Shown: positions 24,229 to 37,564 of the stretch, piece by piece | Layout: the number at the start of each line of letters is the position of its first letter | Numbering within the stretch: position 1 is the first letter of the stretch | Assembly: GCF_018350175.1 (NCBI RefSeq) | Contig: NC_058371.1 | Location: forward strand, 98,952,001 to 99,016,000 | Origin: Felis catus | Lineage: Eukaryota | Direction of reading: 5' to 3' | Length of the DNA: 64,000 bases | Notes under the pieces: generated by a model | Database searches by the model: none | Told to the model about the DNA's origin: nothing | Seen by the model: only the letters and a program-made list of their open reading frames with translations | Translations under genes and position numbers: made by a program

Positions 24229-24536
24229 CATTCCTGCTCTCCGGGCAATCACAGTGTGAAAATGTCCATCTGACACTTTCTTCATNNNNNNNNNNNNNNN
24301 NNNNNNNNNNNNNNNNNNNNNNNNNNNNNNNNNNNNNNNNNNNNNNNNNNNNNNNNNNNNNNNNNNNNNNNNNNNNNNNNNNNNNNNNNNNNNNNNNNNN
24401 NNNNNNNNNNNNNNNNNTTTAATAGTTGCAAATTTGACATAAATATAGTTGTTATTGGGGTCCAAGCTGGGAAATTCCATGTATGACAGCTCCTCAAATC
24501 CATAACTGTTCAACTCACAGTGCTTTCCAAAAACAC
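24229..24536 (-). CDS. FAT4: FAT4 exon 11 (308 nt), end of EGF and start of laminin-G 1, interior N-masked
   Basis: ctacag|GT GTT TTT GGA ... GGA ATG|gtaaga; VFGKHCELNSYGFEELSYMEFPSLDPNNNYIYVKFATIK-(44 codons of N)-MKKVSDGHFHTVIARRAGM. Confidence 0.95.
24286..24417. other. N gap (132 nt) inside exon 11
   Basis: Run of N. Confidence 0.99.
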
Positions 24537-25121
24537 CTGTAGATGAAAAAATTGACAAATTGACACATCAAATTCCAGTGAAGTTTCAGTAAATGATTTT
24601 GGTTAAAATATTTTTATGTTGCAATAATGAATCAGGCTTTACCAGCCTTATTTTGTATTATTCTCCAAAGAATATTGTCTAAATTAAATTGAAATAGAAC
24701 AAGTCAATGATCTTTAAGGCATATGAGAGATGATGAACTACTGTACTTCTCTTTGGCCAACTAAAAACCATACCTAAGTAGGTCCCATTTCTAAAAATTA
24801 GAATTAGTGGAATGGAGTATGTCTGGAGTTATTTCTTCCCTGGAAAACTTTCAAAATTAGTTTGTCACCATTTTAAAAGTTCTAATATGCTGTAATTTTC
24901 AACTGAGATACTTCCCTTACAATACTTAATTCTTAAAAACAATTTTAATCCAATTGATGGTAAATTTTGTTTTGACCTTCAAAAAGAATTAATCACTATA
25001 CTCATGGTATTTTCGAGAGCCACTAGATTAGGGAACCACTGCTTTTAGGAAAGGAAATAACTGTCTTAAGTTTTTTATCTCTGTCTTGCTTTATACCTTC
25101 TTTGGGTATGATTTACAACAG

Positions 25122-25321
25122 NNNNNNNNNNNNNNNNNNNNNNNNNNNNNNNNNNNNNNNNNNNNNNNNNNNNNNNNNNNNNNNNNNNNNNNNNNNNNNN
25201 NNNNNNNNNNNNNNNNNNNNNNNNNNNNNNNNNNNNNNNNNNNNNNNNNNNNNNNNNNNNNNNNNNNNNNNNNNNNNNNNNNNNNNNNNNNNNNNNNNNN
25301 NNNNNNNNNNNNNNNNNNNNN
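25122..25321. other. N gap (200 nt), intronic
   Basis: Run of N. Confidence 0.99.
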
Positions 25322-26828
25322 TTCTTATTAACTGGCAAAGGTTCCATTCCTTAATTTTGGCTGTATATCTCTTGTAAATGCGTTAAATTTAGTCAGGGAA
25401 TTGTTAAGCTAGAAGAAACTAATGCCATCATTTTACAGAATATTTAAAACTCGCCTGAGGTCACAAAACCATGGGAGACAGAGCCAGAATTTGAGGCCAG
25501 ATCTACTGATTGTCTAGTTGTTTTGACTACATCACATTTTATATCCAAATGTTCTTTAAATTAAAATGGCCTAGAAGTTGCTGTAAAAGCCTGTGTTGTT
25601 TATCTTTTCCTTCTCTGTCAAGGCTGAGATAATAATCATAAATATGTAGGAAATATGCATATGAGTTATTTCTAAACATTAGCCACATGAAGGAAAAAGC
25701 AAACATATAATAGAATTATATCTATTGTCAATATTTCATACATTTATTTATATATCATAAATATATGATATATATCATATATTATTATATAATTAATAAT
25801 GTGTATATATATATAACATATATACACAAATTTTTAAATTTTATTTATATTAAATGTTCATTTACTATATTACGTATATCTTGCTTATATATACGGGAAG
25901 AGTAATGAAAGTTAAAAGAACAAGCAGAGATGGAGCATAGAAATGAAATAGACTATTGAGTAAAAAACTGTGCTGTGTCTTCTCTTAGGCCTCTTCTAAT
26001 TAAAAATATGAACACACGCTTAAAAATTGATTTATGCAAAAAGAATATACATACTGGACAGATGTCCTACATTTTTATTCAAATAGGCACTAGATACAAA
26101 TTGATTCATGAAAATATTTGTTTATGGAATATTTTTCTTAGGGAAAGGTACATTCTTGTTTTTAAAATAAAATAAAATTTAATGAAGATTTTAACACAGC
26201 CCTCCAAATGAAATGCTGTGAAATAAATCTACATAAAGATCAGGTGAAATTATTAAAATTACTCTAATAAGGAATATTTTGTGTGTGGATAGCTATACAT
26301 ATATATACATACATAGGAAGTTATAATTATGCAGGCTTCCTTTATAAAATCGTAAGCACTTTATGCTTTTCTAAAACAAAATCCAAAAAAATAAAAATCT
26401 GAAAAAATTTTAAAAATCCAAACAACAAATCCTTCACTGATGAGAAAGTAAACAGTGCAAAATTTTTTCCCAATTTCAAAATTACAGTTAGGATGTTGTT
26501 TTGTAGGATGCATGTGTAACTACCTCCAGCTATTTGTTTGAGGCATTCCATCTGTCATTTGTATTTGTATGGTTCACCCACATTCAATTTGAAAAGGAAA
26601 ATACTTTATCCTTTAATTCTCTCTGGTCTCCAGTCATGTATTATTGTTTTAAGGTTTTCTGTTTTCTTTTCTTTTATAAATCTTCTATTGCCAACTGACA
26701 ATGTCAAAGTTTACATAATGTTTGTTTGTTTGTTTGTTTGCCACTGGAAGAAACAGTGGGAGAAATCTGCTGCCAACTGTATGTGATCTGCCCCAATTTA
26801 CATTGTTGTGCTAGTCCGCTTTCCCTGG

Positions 26829-26874
26829 GGAACTCAGGTAGGGTGAAGGCAGGAACTCAGGTAGGGTGAAGGCA
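26829..26874. repeat. Perfect 23-bp tandem duplication ggaactcaggtagggtgaaggca x2
   Basis: Seen directly. Confidence 0.95.
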
Positions 26875-28481
26875 AGGTCCATTTGGACCCCAAACACTTT
26901 TGCCCAATAGGCAACAATTGTTGTATCAGCTACACTGCAGCAACGACTTGTTTCTATTTGGTATCAATTATCTTAAATCTTCATATTTGCAACTGAAATG
27001 CAATGCAATCTCTAAAAATGTAAAAACCTTTCTTCAGTCACTTGAAAATTCATTTTTTCCACTTTGCATTCCAATCCCCTTATCTTTCATTCCAAATAGA
27101 AGTTAAACCATGAAACCTGCTTGTGGTTATCTATAGAAAGCAGCACCCTTTAGGATTATAAGAGATTACTGAAAGAAGTTTTTAGAAGATCTAAAGTTGT
27201 GGTTATTTTGACCTTAATCTACTTTTCACTGCTTCAGAGGCATTGTTGGTGAGAATCTCAAAAAAAAAAAATTTAAAAAGCAGGGATCCTGTAAATGTCA
27301 CTGAACTGAAAATAATATTGTGTTCTAGTTACTATATCATCTTGGGGTAGTTTTGTTTCATTTTTATTTTTTTGACTTTAGAGAAAGTCCTCAATTTCTG
27401 GACCTCAGAACCACTACTAAATGCATGGCTCACAATTAGATACTTATATTCTGTTTTCCTTTATCATTCTACTGATGTTGTGCTTTGCGAAGATAAAACT
27501 AGATACAGTCATGGAGTTATTTGAAAAAGAATTAACACTACATTTTACTTTTACTAGAAATCTCAGATTCTGGTTTAAATTCTATTCTCCAATATATGTT
27601 GAGATTCACTTTTCAGAGTCCATACAGCACAATGATATCCTCAAAAGACTACAAAATATCTTTCTCTTCTCTTGTTTATGGAGAGAGATTAGGGTCTTTA
27701 ATTACTGTAGGACATCTGGGGATGAATACTATATTGTGCGGTAAGGTATCCTTTAAATAAATGGAATAATCACAAAGCGCTGAAACAACCCAGGTTAAAA
27801 TAAAAGCTTGCTCCAAAGCTGTTTTCATAGTTCTTGGTGGTCTCAGTGCTGGATAACATTTGAGTGAGATCTGAAAGAAATCTTTTAGTTCATTCCAGTA
27901 TGGTCAATAGATACTAATGTGTTAAAAAAAAAAATTGTAACAACTTTCTTTTTCAAAAAAGACATTATTAGTCTGAATTTTGATTAGTTATTTGGTAGTA
28001 TCTACAAAAAGCCTGTCATGAAAATTGCATGTCTAGTTATTAAGTCCTTCTATTAGAAGTGGATGAATTAATGTAAAAAAAAAAGCAAAACAAAACAAAA
28101 ACCAATTCGATTAATTATCCTTAAAGATTTTAAGTAGGGAGTGACGTCATAGAGTGCTTTAAAAGATTTTTTCTTTGATATGTTCCAGACTAAAAAGAAG
28201 TCATCCATAAATATTGAAGGGAAATGTCCTGAGGAGACAACATCAAATTCAATTATCTTGCATCAATTACTTTTCTAGTAATAATCAAACAATATATTCA
28301 AGGGCATTCCATAATTAACTTTTTAAAAAAGTATTAAACCTTTGTACCTTCATTTTGCTAAAACTTCCTGTGTAAAACAACTAATATTTTCTTAATCACT
28401 CATGGCCACAATAAAATAAAATTGCTAAACTGTATGCCAAAATAGATTGATATTTTATATCAATAAATAAGCTGAACTCAC

Positions 28482-28586
28482 CAAATGGACAATGGCAGTA
28501 GTATGACTCCACACCACTTTGGCAGGAACCTCCATTAAAACAGGGGTTACATTCACAGTAATTGACTGAAGATTCACACAGTTTCC
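28482..28586 (-). CDS. FAT4: FAT4 exon 10 (105 nt), EGF-like module
   Basis: ttttcag|GG AAA CTG TGT ... CCA TTT G|gtgagt; [34 protein letters not shown]; phase 1-1. Confidence 0.96.
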
Positions 28587-30474
28587 CTGAAAAGTATAAA
28601 ATTCATTTTTAAAAATCTTATGCAAACATATTGATACCATTACTGCATCACCATATGTAAAAATCTGTTCTGAGAGATCATATCTTAGAGAAAAGAAATA
28701 TAAGAACATTTTACTTGCCATGAGAAAATTGGAATACCTCAGAGTTCAAAATCCTATTTACTTGTCTCAGCGTAAAGATGTGCATTAAAATAGTTGGGAA
28801 ATAATTTGTATAATCATCTTGGAGGAACTACTGTTTTCAGGAAAATCACAAATGTGAACATATTTAAATGTTTTCACTGAACTTATTTTCTCTTGTCAGT
28901 GTTGCTTCTTTTTTCAATTTTATAATGAGATTTGAAAGTTCTATAGTATAATTCTCACTGTAGAGATTTCCTTGACTCAGATTTTTTTAAAGGTAAGAAT
29001 CAATTTTGTTTAGCTTATTTGTCAAACTAAAATATTTTCCCTCTCCGAAATATCCCTTCACTTAAAAATTTCTGTTGTAAAACAGAATAAGAAATCCAGA
29101 AACACATCATATATTTCAAACACTTAAGATTTACTCTTGACTACAAGTTATGGATACCTTGTCTTTTTTCTAAAACATTCATACACAACCAGCACATCAT
29201 TCAGTATCCGAGAACTCCTCATAGATCTTAAATCCATTAATATTAACTATTACTGGCCATCTTCTAAGATGGGGATATGGCAGTCAAAAAAAAAAGCAGA
29301 TAAGTGTCAGAACATGGCATTTCCATTTTAATGGGGGAGATTAATCCAAACAATAGGAAACTTTTATATTTCACAGATGAAAAAGAAGAGGTTCTCGAAG
29401 TTTAATATTTTGCCTAAGAAATTGCAAAACTATGCACAAGACCAATGTAGGTCTGCTCCCATATCTAGGTTTTGCAAAGCTATGGGTGAATACTTAACCA
29501 CTTGGTAGGCCAAATTTAGAGTTTATGGTCAGTCCTATCTGTTTTTGGTTGTTCTAATGTCACTTTTCTATAATTTTAAAATACTGTAATGACTTATTTG
29601 TTAGAATAGCTTCTAGTTTTCCAATTCCCAGAAACAATAAGATGGTATAGAGTTCTTTGTTAATTTCCACTTAATGATATGAGGGTTTAGTTATTTAATT
29701 AAATAGAGTTTTTTTGCAGAAAATTATTTTCTACTTCCTAGTATAAGAACTAGAAATGTTTCTATGAGCATAGATAATCCATTTTATCATGATTACTATG
29801 CTTAAAACATAGTCAAAATTTTGTTTAATTTAGTGCTGTTTTTGTGGCTTGATTATGTAGCCACAATTGTTCCAGTTAAAATTATAAGCATGAGTCAGAA
29901 TGCATGACATTGCTAACTAAACATGTTTCTCTACATCATAGGGTCATAAACAACATTTTTTCATTATAAATAAAATTGGGAACCTCCTTAAAAGGTAAAA
30001 CAGTAACAATTTTAGAATACCTTTCCATTCTAAAGGGAAATAATGAAAATAAACAAGTTACCAATCTAGAGAGGCACAGAAATTGGGTTTTAAGCATTAT
30101 AGCAATTAGTTACATTTGAGAAACAGGCAGAAGAACTTTATTATAAGCCTGTACAATATCATAAGAGAGATGTTATGTCATAGAACTCTTTCCTGTGGCG
30201 TTTTCCAATTGGATTTCTGACAGACCATTCTAGAGAAGTGAATTTTTTTCTTTAATAAAATATTAGTATTGCCCAATAAATAAGGCCTATGGGCTGTACT
30301 TTTAATTATTTATTTGCTATCAGGAAAGTCATATCCACTACTTGTATTTTTCTCCACTATAAGAACATACATAATTTTCACATGTGCTATGGGACTAAAT
30401 AAGGTTTAATTTTCTTTTTTTTTCCTTTTGAAAATTTCTTTTAGAATTATGTTAAAAGTAGCACGTATTGAGTA

Positions 30475-30822
30475 CAGTTGTTCTTGAACAATACAGGGTT
30501 TTTAAGGAAGCCGACCCCCCCCCCTCAGTTGAAAATCCACATATAACTTTTGACTCCCCCAAGAGTTAATTACTAACAGCCTGCTGTCGATCAGAAGCCT
30601 TGCAAATAACGTCGTCAATTAACACGTTTTATATATGTATTAATATACTGTATTTTTATAATAAAGTAACCTTGAGAAAATAAAATGTTATTAAGAAAAT
30701 GAAAAGGAAGGAGAAAATACGTTTATAATACTGTACTATATTTATCAAAAAAAAATATATATATATATACATGTGAGGTGGACCCTGCACAGTTCAAAAG
30801 TGTATTGTTTAAGGGTCATGTG
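30475..30822 (-). mobile_element. Tigger2a-type (TcMar) non-autonomous DNA transposon
   Basis: TIRs cagttgttcttgaacaa...ttgtttaagggtcatgtg with TA on both sides; internal aaaatccacatataacttttgactccccc. Confidence 0.85.
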
Positions 30823-32801
30823 TACATAGATTAACATACTGGACAAATGCAGTCAGTAGAACACTTATATTGTGAAAACAAGTTAGTGGGTTCCAAAACT
30901 ACAACTTTACTTTTTGATGACTGGAAACAGGGAGCAAAGAGTAACCAATTTAGGGAGCACGGGCATGAACGATACTCAAATATTTGGACTTAAATTTCCT
31001 CCAAGAAAAATATCTGTGTATAAAAGCCCAAGTCATTGATACTATAAATCTCAAATGCATCCTCTTTAGAATCCTGTTGGGAAAGACTACCTTTTAAACT
31101 TGTGGTGTAAACAACAACAACAAAAGAAAATCAGGTGTTTTTTTTTTTGTTTTTTTTGTTTTTTTTGTAATTTATATAAATTAGCTATCTTATTTACCCC
31201 TCACAAAATTAGAATTTAATATAGACATCTGAATTTAATTTAAATATATACTATAGGCTATTTCAGTCCAAAATTAAAAATGGAAAAAAAAACCCAAATT
31301 CGGTAGACTTACTCATGTATTAAAACATATAGCAACTATGGAAATTGCAGAAGAAACTACAAACTAAGAAAATATTAGTTTGAGAATGAATTTCTTTTAA
31401 AAGTTAAAATAAATTCTCAATGGAATCTGATTCTTTGAGTATACAACAATTTAAATAGACAGTTGTAAGAGAAAAATTCAGTCTTTCATTTTACGTTTTA
31501 ATTGAAACCAGAGCTTTATTTTCTTACTTTTCCCTAGTAGATAAATATTTTTAAAAATGTGAAAAGTGACTTTGGTAGGGGTTAAATAAATGGATTTATT
31601 GTTGAGTTTGAGAAAAATAGTCTTAAATGTTGGTATTACAGTATGTAAATTATTTACCATTCAAAAATTTAGTTTGAGTACTCCATTTAATGAGGTTTTT
31701 TTTAATAATTAGTGAATTTAAAAGAAGTTGCCATACTAGATACAAAGACATAGTTTAAAAAACTCAATGTTGAAATTTTAATTATTATTAAAAAGACTTG
31801 TGTAATGAAGAAAGATGTCATAATTTTACATAGAATCAAAAGAAAGCCTTCAGTTGCAAATTTCTTAGGTTTGGAAAGTTCATGCTCTATTATCCAGTTA
31901 GAAGTCAGCAGCAAGTTCTGTAAACATCTATCTACTTAAATACTCGTGTTAATGGCATAATGTTTATTAGAGAACGCAGCAGTTTGAATTACTCTAACAT
32001 AGAAAATAATCTGATGTGTTGGAGAATCCATATAAAGCTAAATCTTGGGTCATTAACTTAATTAAAGCTGCAAGTCTGTTAACAATATTTGCCATAGCCT
32101 TGAGGCTTTGAAGTATACTGATAAGGCTTGCACAAAGAAAAGGATCTCAAACTCAAAGATCTGGAACTCAAAAGGCCTTGTTCTATTAAGATATGTTAGT
32201 TGTGACAGCAGTTGTTTACAAGCTTAAACTGGTCTAAGTCCTTTGACATCCATCAATTAATTGTGCTGATATAAATTATTTATCATAGATAGAAGGATGT
32301 GTGCTTCAAGAAGTATAAACTCTTAGCACCTGGAGAATAGGAATGCTGAAGATAATGCATAATTGGAGGCCAGTGTATCTACAGACTTTCCAAGATTATA
32401 GTTTAAACTTACAAAATAGATTTAGCATGTATCTTCACGTTTGGGGCAGAAGTTATGATGAATTCATAAACTGACTGTTCTGTGATCACCTATGGTCTTT
32501 TCAACAAGGATGCATATTCAAGTTTCATTCATTCCAACGGAACATTTCAGTGTTGATTATGTGGAGCAGCACACTTATTCTCATCTGCTAATTTGTCCAG
32601 CTATGAGAATATGATTTCTGATATCTGACAGTCCATGTAGGCTTCACTTTAATATCTTAGACTGTATGTAATATATTATATCACAACGAATATTATTTTT
32701 GCACCTCTTGTATTTGTACATAGGTAGAAAGGAGACTATGTGAAACTATTAAAGTCCATTTTATATCTAAATTGATTATACTATTAATAAATATAATTCT
32801 A

Positions 32802-33470
32802 CAGGAATGCAAGCTGGTGCAGCCACTCTGGAAAACAGTATGGAGGTTCCTCAAAAAACTAAAAATAGAACTACCCTACGACCCAGCAATTGCACTACTA
32901 GGCATTTATCCAAGGGATACAGGGGTGCTGTTTCGAAGGGACACATGCACCCCTGTGTTTATAACAGCACTATCAACAATACCCANNNNNNNNNNNNNNN
33001 NNNNNNNNNNNNNNNNNNNNNNNNNNNNNNNNNNNNNNNNNNNNNNNNNNNNNNNNNNNNNNNNNNNNNNNNNNNNNNNNNNNNNNNNNNNNNNNNNNNN
33101 NNNNNNNNNNNNNNNACTGGAGGGTATTTTGCTAAGTAAAATTAGTCAGTCAGAGAAAGACAAAAATCATATGATTTCACTGATATGAAGAGACAAAACA
33201 AAAACACTGATATTTAAGAGACAAAACAGATGAATATAAGGGAAGGGAAACAAAACTAATATGAAAACAGGGAGGGGGACAAAACAGAAGAGACTCATAA
33301 ATATGGAGAACAAACTGAGGGTTGCTGGAGGGGGTGTGGGAGGGGGAATGGGCTAAATGGGTAAGGGGCACTAAGGAATCTACTCCTGAAATCATTGTTG
33401 CATTATATGCTAACTAATTTAGATGTAAATTTAAAAAATAAATAAAGTAAATTAAAAATTAAAAAAAATA
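32802..33470 (+). mobile_element. 5'-truncated carnivore LINE-1 (ORF2 C-terminus, 3' UTR, A-tail)
   Basis: ECKLVQPLWKTVWRFLKKLKIELPYDPAIALLGIYP; G-rich 3' UTR; TSD aataaat(a/c)taattcta (32786-32801 / 33471-33486). Confidence 0.95.
32986..33115. other. N gap (130 nt) inside the L1
   Basis: Run of N. Confidence 0.99.
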
Positions 33471-35339
33471 AATAAATCTAATTCTATGATATATATGTTA
33501 TTTATTCTGAATATTTATGCTTATAAGCTTTTTTACTATTTTTGCAGAAAGTAGCTTTTATTCACGCTATTAAATGTTTCCTATTATTGTGAAAAAAACT
33601 ATGAAGATAGCTCATCTAAATATCCTAATCAAATAGTATTTTGTTTTATTACATCAAGAGAAAGCAAAAATATCATGTTTAAGAGCTGCTAGAAAGAAAG
33701 GCAAAGGGGAAAAATATTTTATTTTTGTATTTTAAAACATGTACAAATACAATTTCAATGAGGCTACAGATGATGATGTATAATCACATTCATAATATCC
33801 ATGACAAGTTTACAAATACATGTTTGTTTTCTGCAGAAATAAGAAGCATTTAAGCTTCTGGAAACCTCTTATTAATGCTTTTGTAAGTTGCAAATCATAT
33901 TTTAAAGTAAAGTAATCAAAACAAGAAATGAGCCACTCTTCCGTATCTCCCAGAAATTTTCATTTCCTATCTATTCGCTACATTTTATGTTCTATGGTTT
34001 TCTTGTCACATGATCATTGACAACATCCATGTATGACTGTTGTGATTTTGAAAGAATGACTCAGTTACAACTCCCATCTTCATGAAAGCAAATGTTTGCC
34101 AAGTCTTTCAGTAAAATTACTATGCACAACCTGTTTATAACTTTATATATGTCTGGAAAAAAATTCCTATTTATACTGTCAAATGTCATAAAAGTGATGA
34201 ATGGACATATCTCATCCTCTGAAATATCAGGACTTACTTGAGAGCATAGGAAAACTTCTCCATATGGTAATACACCCTGGCACGACTCCAAATACCACAC
34301 CTAAAATGCATCCAGATGTGTGAAAGTGGATGGGAAAGGTTAAAGGGGCTATGAACTAATTCTGTTAAGAGAGACCCAGATTTGGGAATAAGCTCCATCT
34401 ACCTGCTGCATTTTATAACACCATCCATTCCTATGTGAATGACTTAATTCAACATTGTGCTACAAACAGTGGAAGCCTAGAGCAGGAAGACAAATGATAA
34501 GTGGTTACTGACTCTAACTGTGCTTTCAAATTAGTCTTCTTAAATACGAGAAATTTTCATTTGTATAGGAAAAGAAATACTGGATTTGTAGTTGTTAATT
34601 TCCTCTGGAGGAGGAACTGAGGCATGTTATGAACTTCTGAGGTATGAATATATGAAAGATATTCTCTTTTGATTTACTGAGGTATATATCAACAATGATG
34701 TAATTTCTGGTTTGTTAAACCTTGCGAAAATCTAGAAATTAATTTTTCACATGTCCTATACTATTGATTCATTCTGTCGAATAACCTGTATTATAGTGAA
34801 TCAAAGTTTCACTTAGTGATATAAAAATTAAATTATAGAACAGTTTTTTTAATAATGAAACATGAAGTTACTGAATATGAAGTCTCACTATTTTTTTTTC
34901 AATTTCCTTTTGGTCATTTTTCTGGTAATTAGGAAAAAGAGATCAGAAAGACAAGTTATACAAGCAAATTCACTCCCTCTAAATCACTCATTCATTTAAA
35001 AAAATCCTTATTTCATATGTATTATGTGATGCTACGATAACCAACTGGAAAATAAAATTTAAAATATATATATGGTATATACATATATATCAGGACTATA
35101 CTGGTGGCAATGTGGTAATCACTACATCCCTTCATATCTTTTTATTGTGTTTGTTCCATAATTTTCATTTTTATACTTATACCTCTAGAGGATGTTCACA
35201 CAAAATCCTTGTTCAGCTAACACTTAATCACCCCCTGTAGGATTCTTAGGATAAAGTCTTTTGGTTTGTGTCAGTGCATAAGCCACTCACTCTTTCAATC
35301 TTCAGCACAGTTTCTAACTTCATATGAAATATGCAGTGG

Positions 35340-35342
<3 letters not shown>

Positions 35343-35420
<78 letters not shown>
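35343..35420. repeat. Compound (TG)n(AG)n microsatellite
   Basis: Seen directly. Confidence 0.97.
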
Positions 35421-35424
<4 letters not shown>

Positions 35425-35514
35425 GGAAATATCTGAGGATTATTTTAAACATAAAGTTTAAGAAAATCTCACAGTTTCAATTTGTAATGCCACAGACTTT
35501 AAAAACCGTTAAAG

Positions 35515-35724
35515 GGGGGATGCCTGGGTGGCTCAGTTGGTTAAGCATCCTACTTTGGCTCAGGTCATGATCTCACGGTTCATGAGTTCAAGCCCCACGT
35601 TGGGCTCTGTGCAGACAGCTGGGGGCCTGGAGCCTGCTTCAGATTTTGTGTCTCCCTATCTCTCTACTCCTCCCCTGCTCACACTCTGTCTCTCTCTCAA
35701 AAATAAATAAATATTAAAAAAATT
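35515..35724 (+). mobile_element. SINEC
   Basis: TSD aaaacc(g/a)ttaaag (35502-35514 / 35725-35737). Confidence 0.94.
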
Positions 35725-36544
35725 AAAACCATTAAAGAAATACAGATTAAGTTACAAAACAGTAATAAATAAAAAATATAGGTGATTGGAAATAGTTCTC
35801 ATGATCTGATATTGATATACACAGGCTTTGGAGAAAGCTTTACTAAAGCATTAGTACTTAATTAATATTAACAAAACTAAAGCTGACTGCAATAAATATT
35901 TTTAAAAATTCATTCTATGAGGTACACATATGGTTAAGTATCAGTCTTGTCTTATGGCTGATTAGCTCTTTAAGATGTTTTGATGCATTTACTCCATCTT
36001 CCTTAAGTCAGGTTAGCTGGTAAAGACTACCTGGAAGGAATAACTGAAAATGATCTTTCAGGCATTACCTTTACAAAGAATTAAACAGATACAGACATTT
36101 GAACAATACATTCTTCATTTAGTGTATGGAATAACAATTTGTCACTATGTTTCCTATAAAACAAAACAAAACGAAAACTATCAGACTTGAATGATCTGCT
36201 ATTTTTACTGGATGGACTGTGCATGTAGAATTTAAAATAATGAATTACATGAATTCAAAAAATAAAAGATCCATATTAATCATTCGACTTTGTTTTTTTA
36301 CATCATTCTTGATCAGTTGGATTATCTCCAAGTATGCAAATGAAGACTAAAATGAGCTACGAAGAGGGACAGTATGTAAAATTACATAGTGATTGCAAAC
36401 TATTTTTGTAACTTCAAATAACTTTCCTTACAGACAGAGGTTATGATCTAATCTTTGGAAGCTTTGGCTCTAGAGTCACCTGAGTGTAGGCTAAGTTTTC
36501 TACAACATAAAATAGGAGTAATAATAGTATCTTTCTATGCCAGA

Positions 36545-36920
36545 TATTATCTCTTGACAGCATCATTCCTATCCTTCTGAAGTACAGGGCCTGGGAGTCA
36601 CAAAACTCTCTTTTCTAGACTCCTGTCCAGCAGGGCTCAGGTTTAGATTCTGCCAGGGGGTGAGTTGAATGATATTTGAAGAGTGAAAGCAAAGCAGGGG
36701 CTGTTTTGGGACTCTTTGCAGACTGCAGGTAGACAAGATGATCAGTTGTGGTTTCTTGCAGTATCTGCAACGTTCTTATTGCTGAAGTTAGTGGTGAATT
36801 TTCCTGACCTTCATTCTTAGGCAGTTTAATGATATTGTAAGCCATTTCCAAGTACTAAGTACCTTCCTACCTAGAAGTCTGGAAGTAATTTCAGTTCTTG
36901 ACCAATCTCATTCCAATACA
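36545..36920. mobile_element. ERVL solo LTR relic (LTR33-like; tentative)
   Basis: gggcctgggagtcacaaaactctcttttc...caggtttagattctgccagggg, with terminus ...ccaataca. Confidence 0.45.
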
Positions 36921-37359
36921 CTATCTCATATGCTTTTTGTGAGGATCCAGTAGAAAAACGTACAAAAAGTTCTCAAAAGATATCATGGACTTGCCATAAT
37001 ACTCTATAGCAAATACAAACAAATGTGTGATGAAGAATCACATATAGAAATCACATATAAGAAAAAAATATAAAAATTGTATACATATAAAAAAGTATGT
37101 GATGAAGAATCACATACATAAAAAAAAGTAGAAAGAAGTCAAGTTTATAGTCAAGACTCATTTAGACCATCTTCTGTGCCATGCAAGAGGCAAGTTATTT
37201 AATCTCTTTTAACCTATCTGAGACCCAATATCCCAATATTTTTTGCCCTTAAAATAAGAATAATAATAGTGATAATACAGTTTCATTGAATTTTGAGAAC
37301 TAAATGAATAACTAAGTGAATAATAATGTCTATGATGCAAAGACTTTAAGAAGTGCTTT

Positions 37360-37564
37360 TTTTAAAAGTTTATTTATCTATATTGAGAGAGTAAGAGAGA
37401 GCACAAGCTGGGAAGGGACAGAGAGGGAGAGACAGAATCCCAACCAGGCTCTGTGCTATCAGCGGAGAGCCCAATGCAGGGCTTGAACTCATGAACTGAG
37501 AGATCATGACCTGAGCCAAGATCAAGAGTGGGATGGTTAATCAACTGAACCACCCAAGCTCCCC
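37360..37564 (-). mobile_element. SINEC
   Basis: Reverse-complement head and tail; degenerate TSD aag(a/c)agtgcttt. Confidence 0.92.

Noticed and set aside
13182-24536. FAT4 as a pseudogene because of interrupted exons
   Set aside because: All visible exons are stop-free with canonical splice sites and consistent phase; the interruptions are Ns only.
25075-25377. ORFs spanning N runs (also near 13150, 18509, 24282)
   Set aside because: Artefacts: N codons contain no stops.
32772-33188. 138-aa ORF with real protein similarity
   Set aside because: C-terminal fragment of L1 ORF2 in a 5'-truncated copy, and inflated by Ns.
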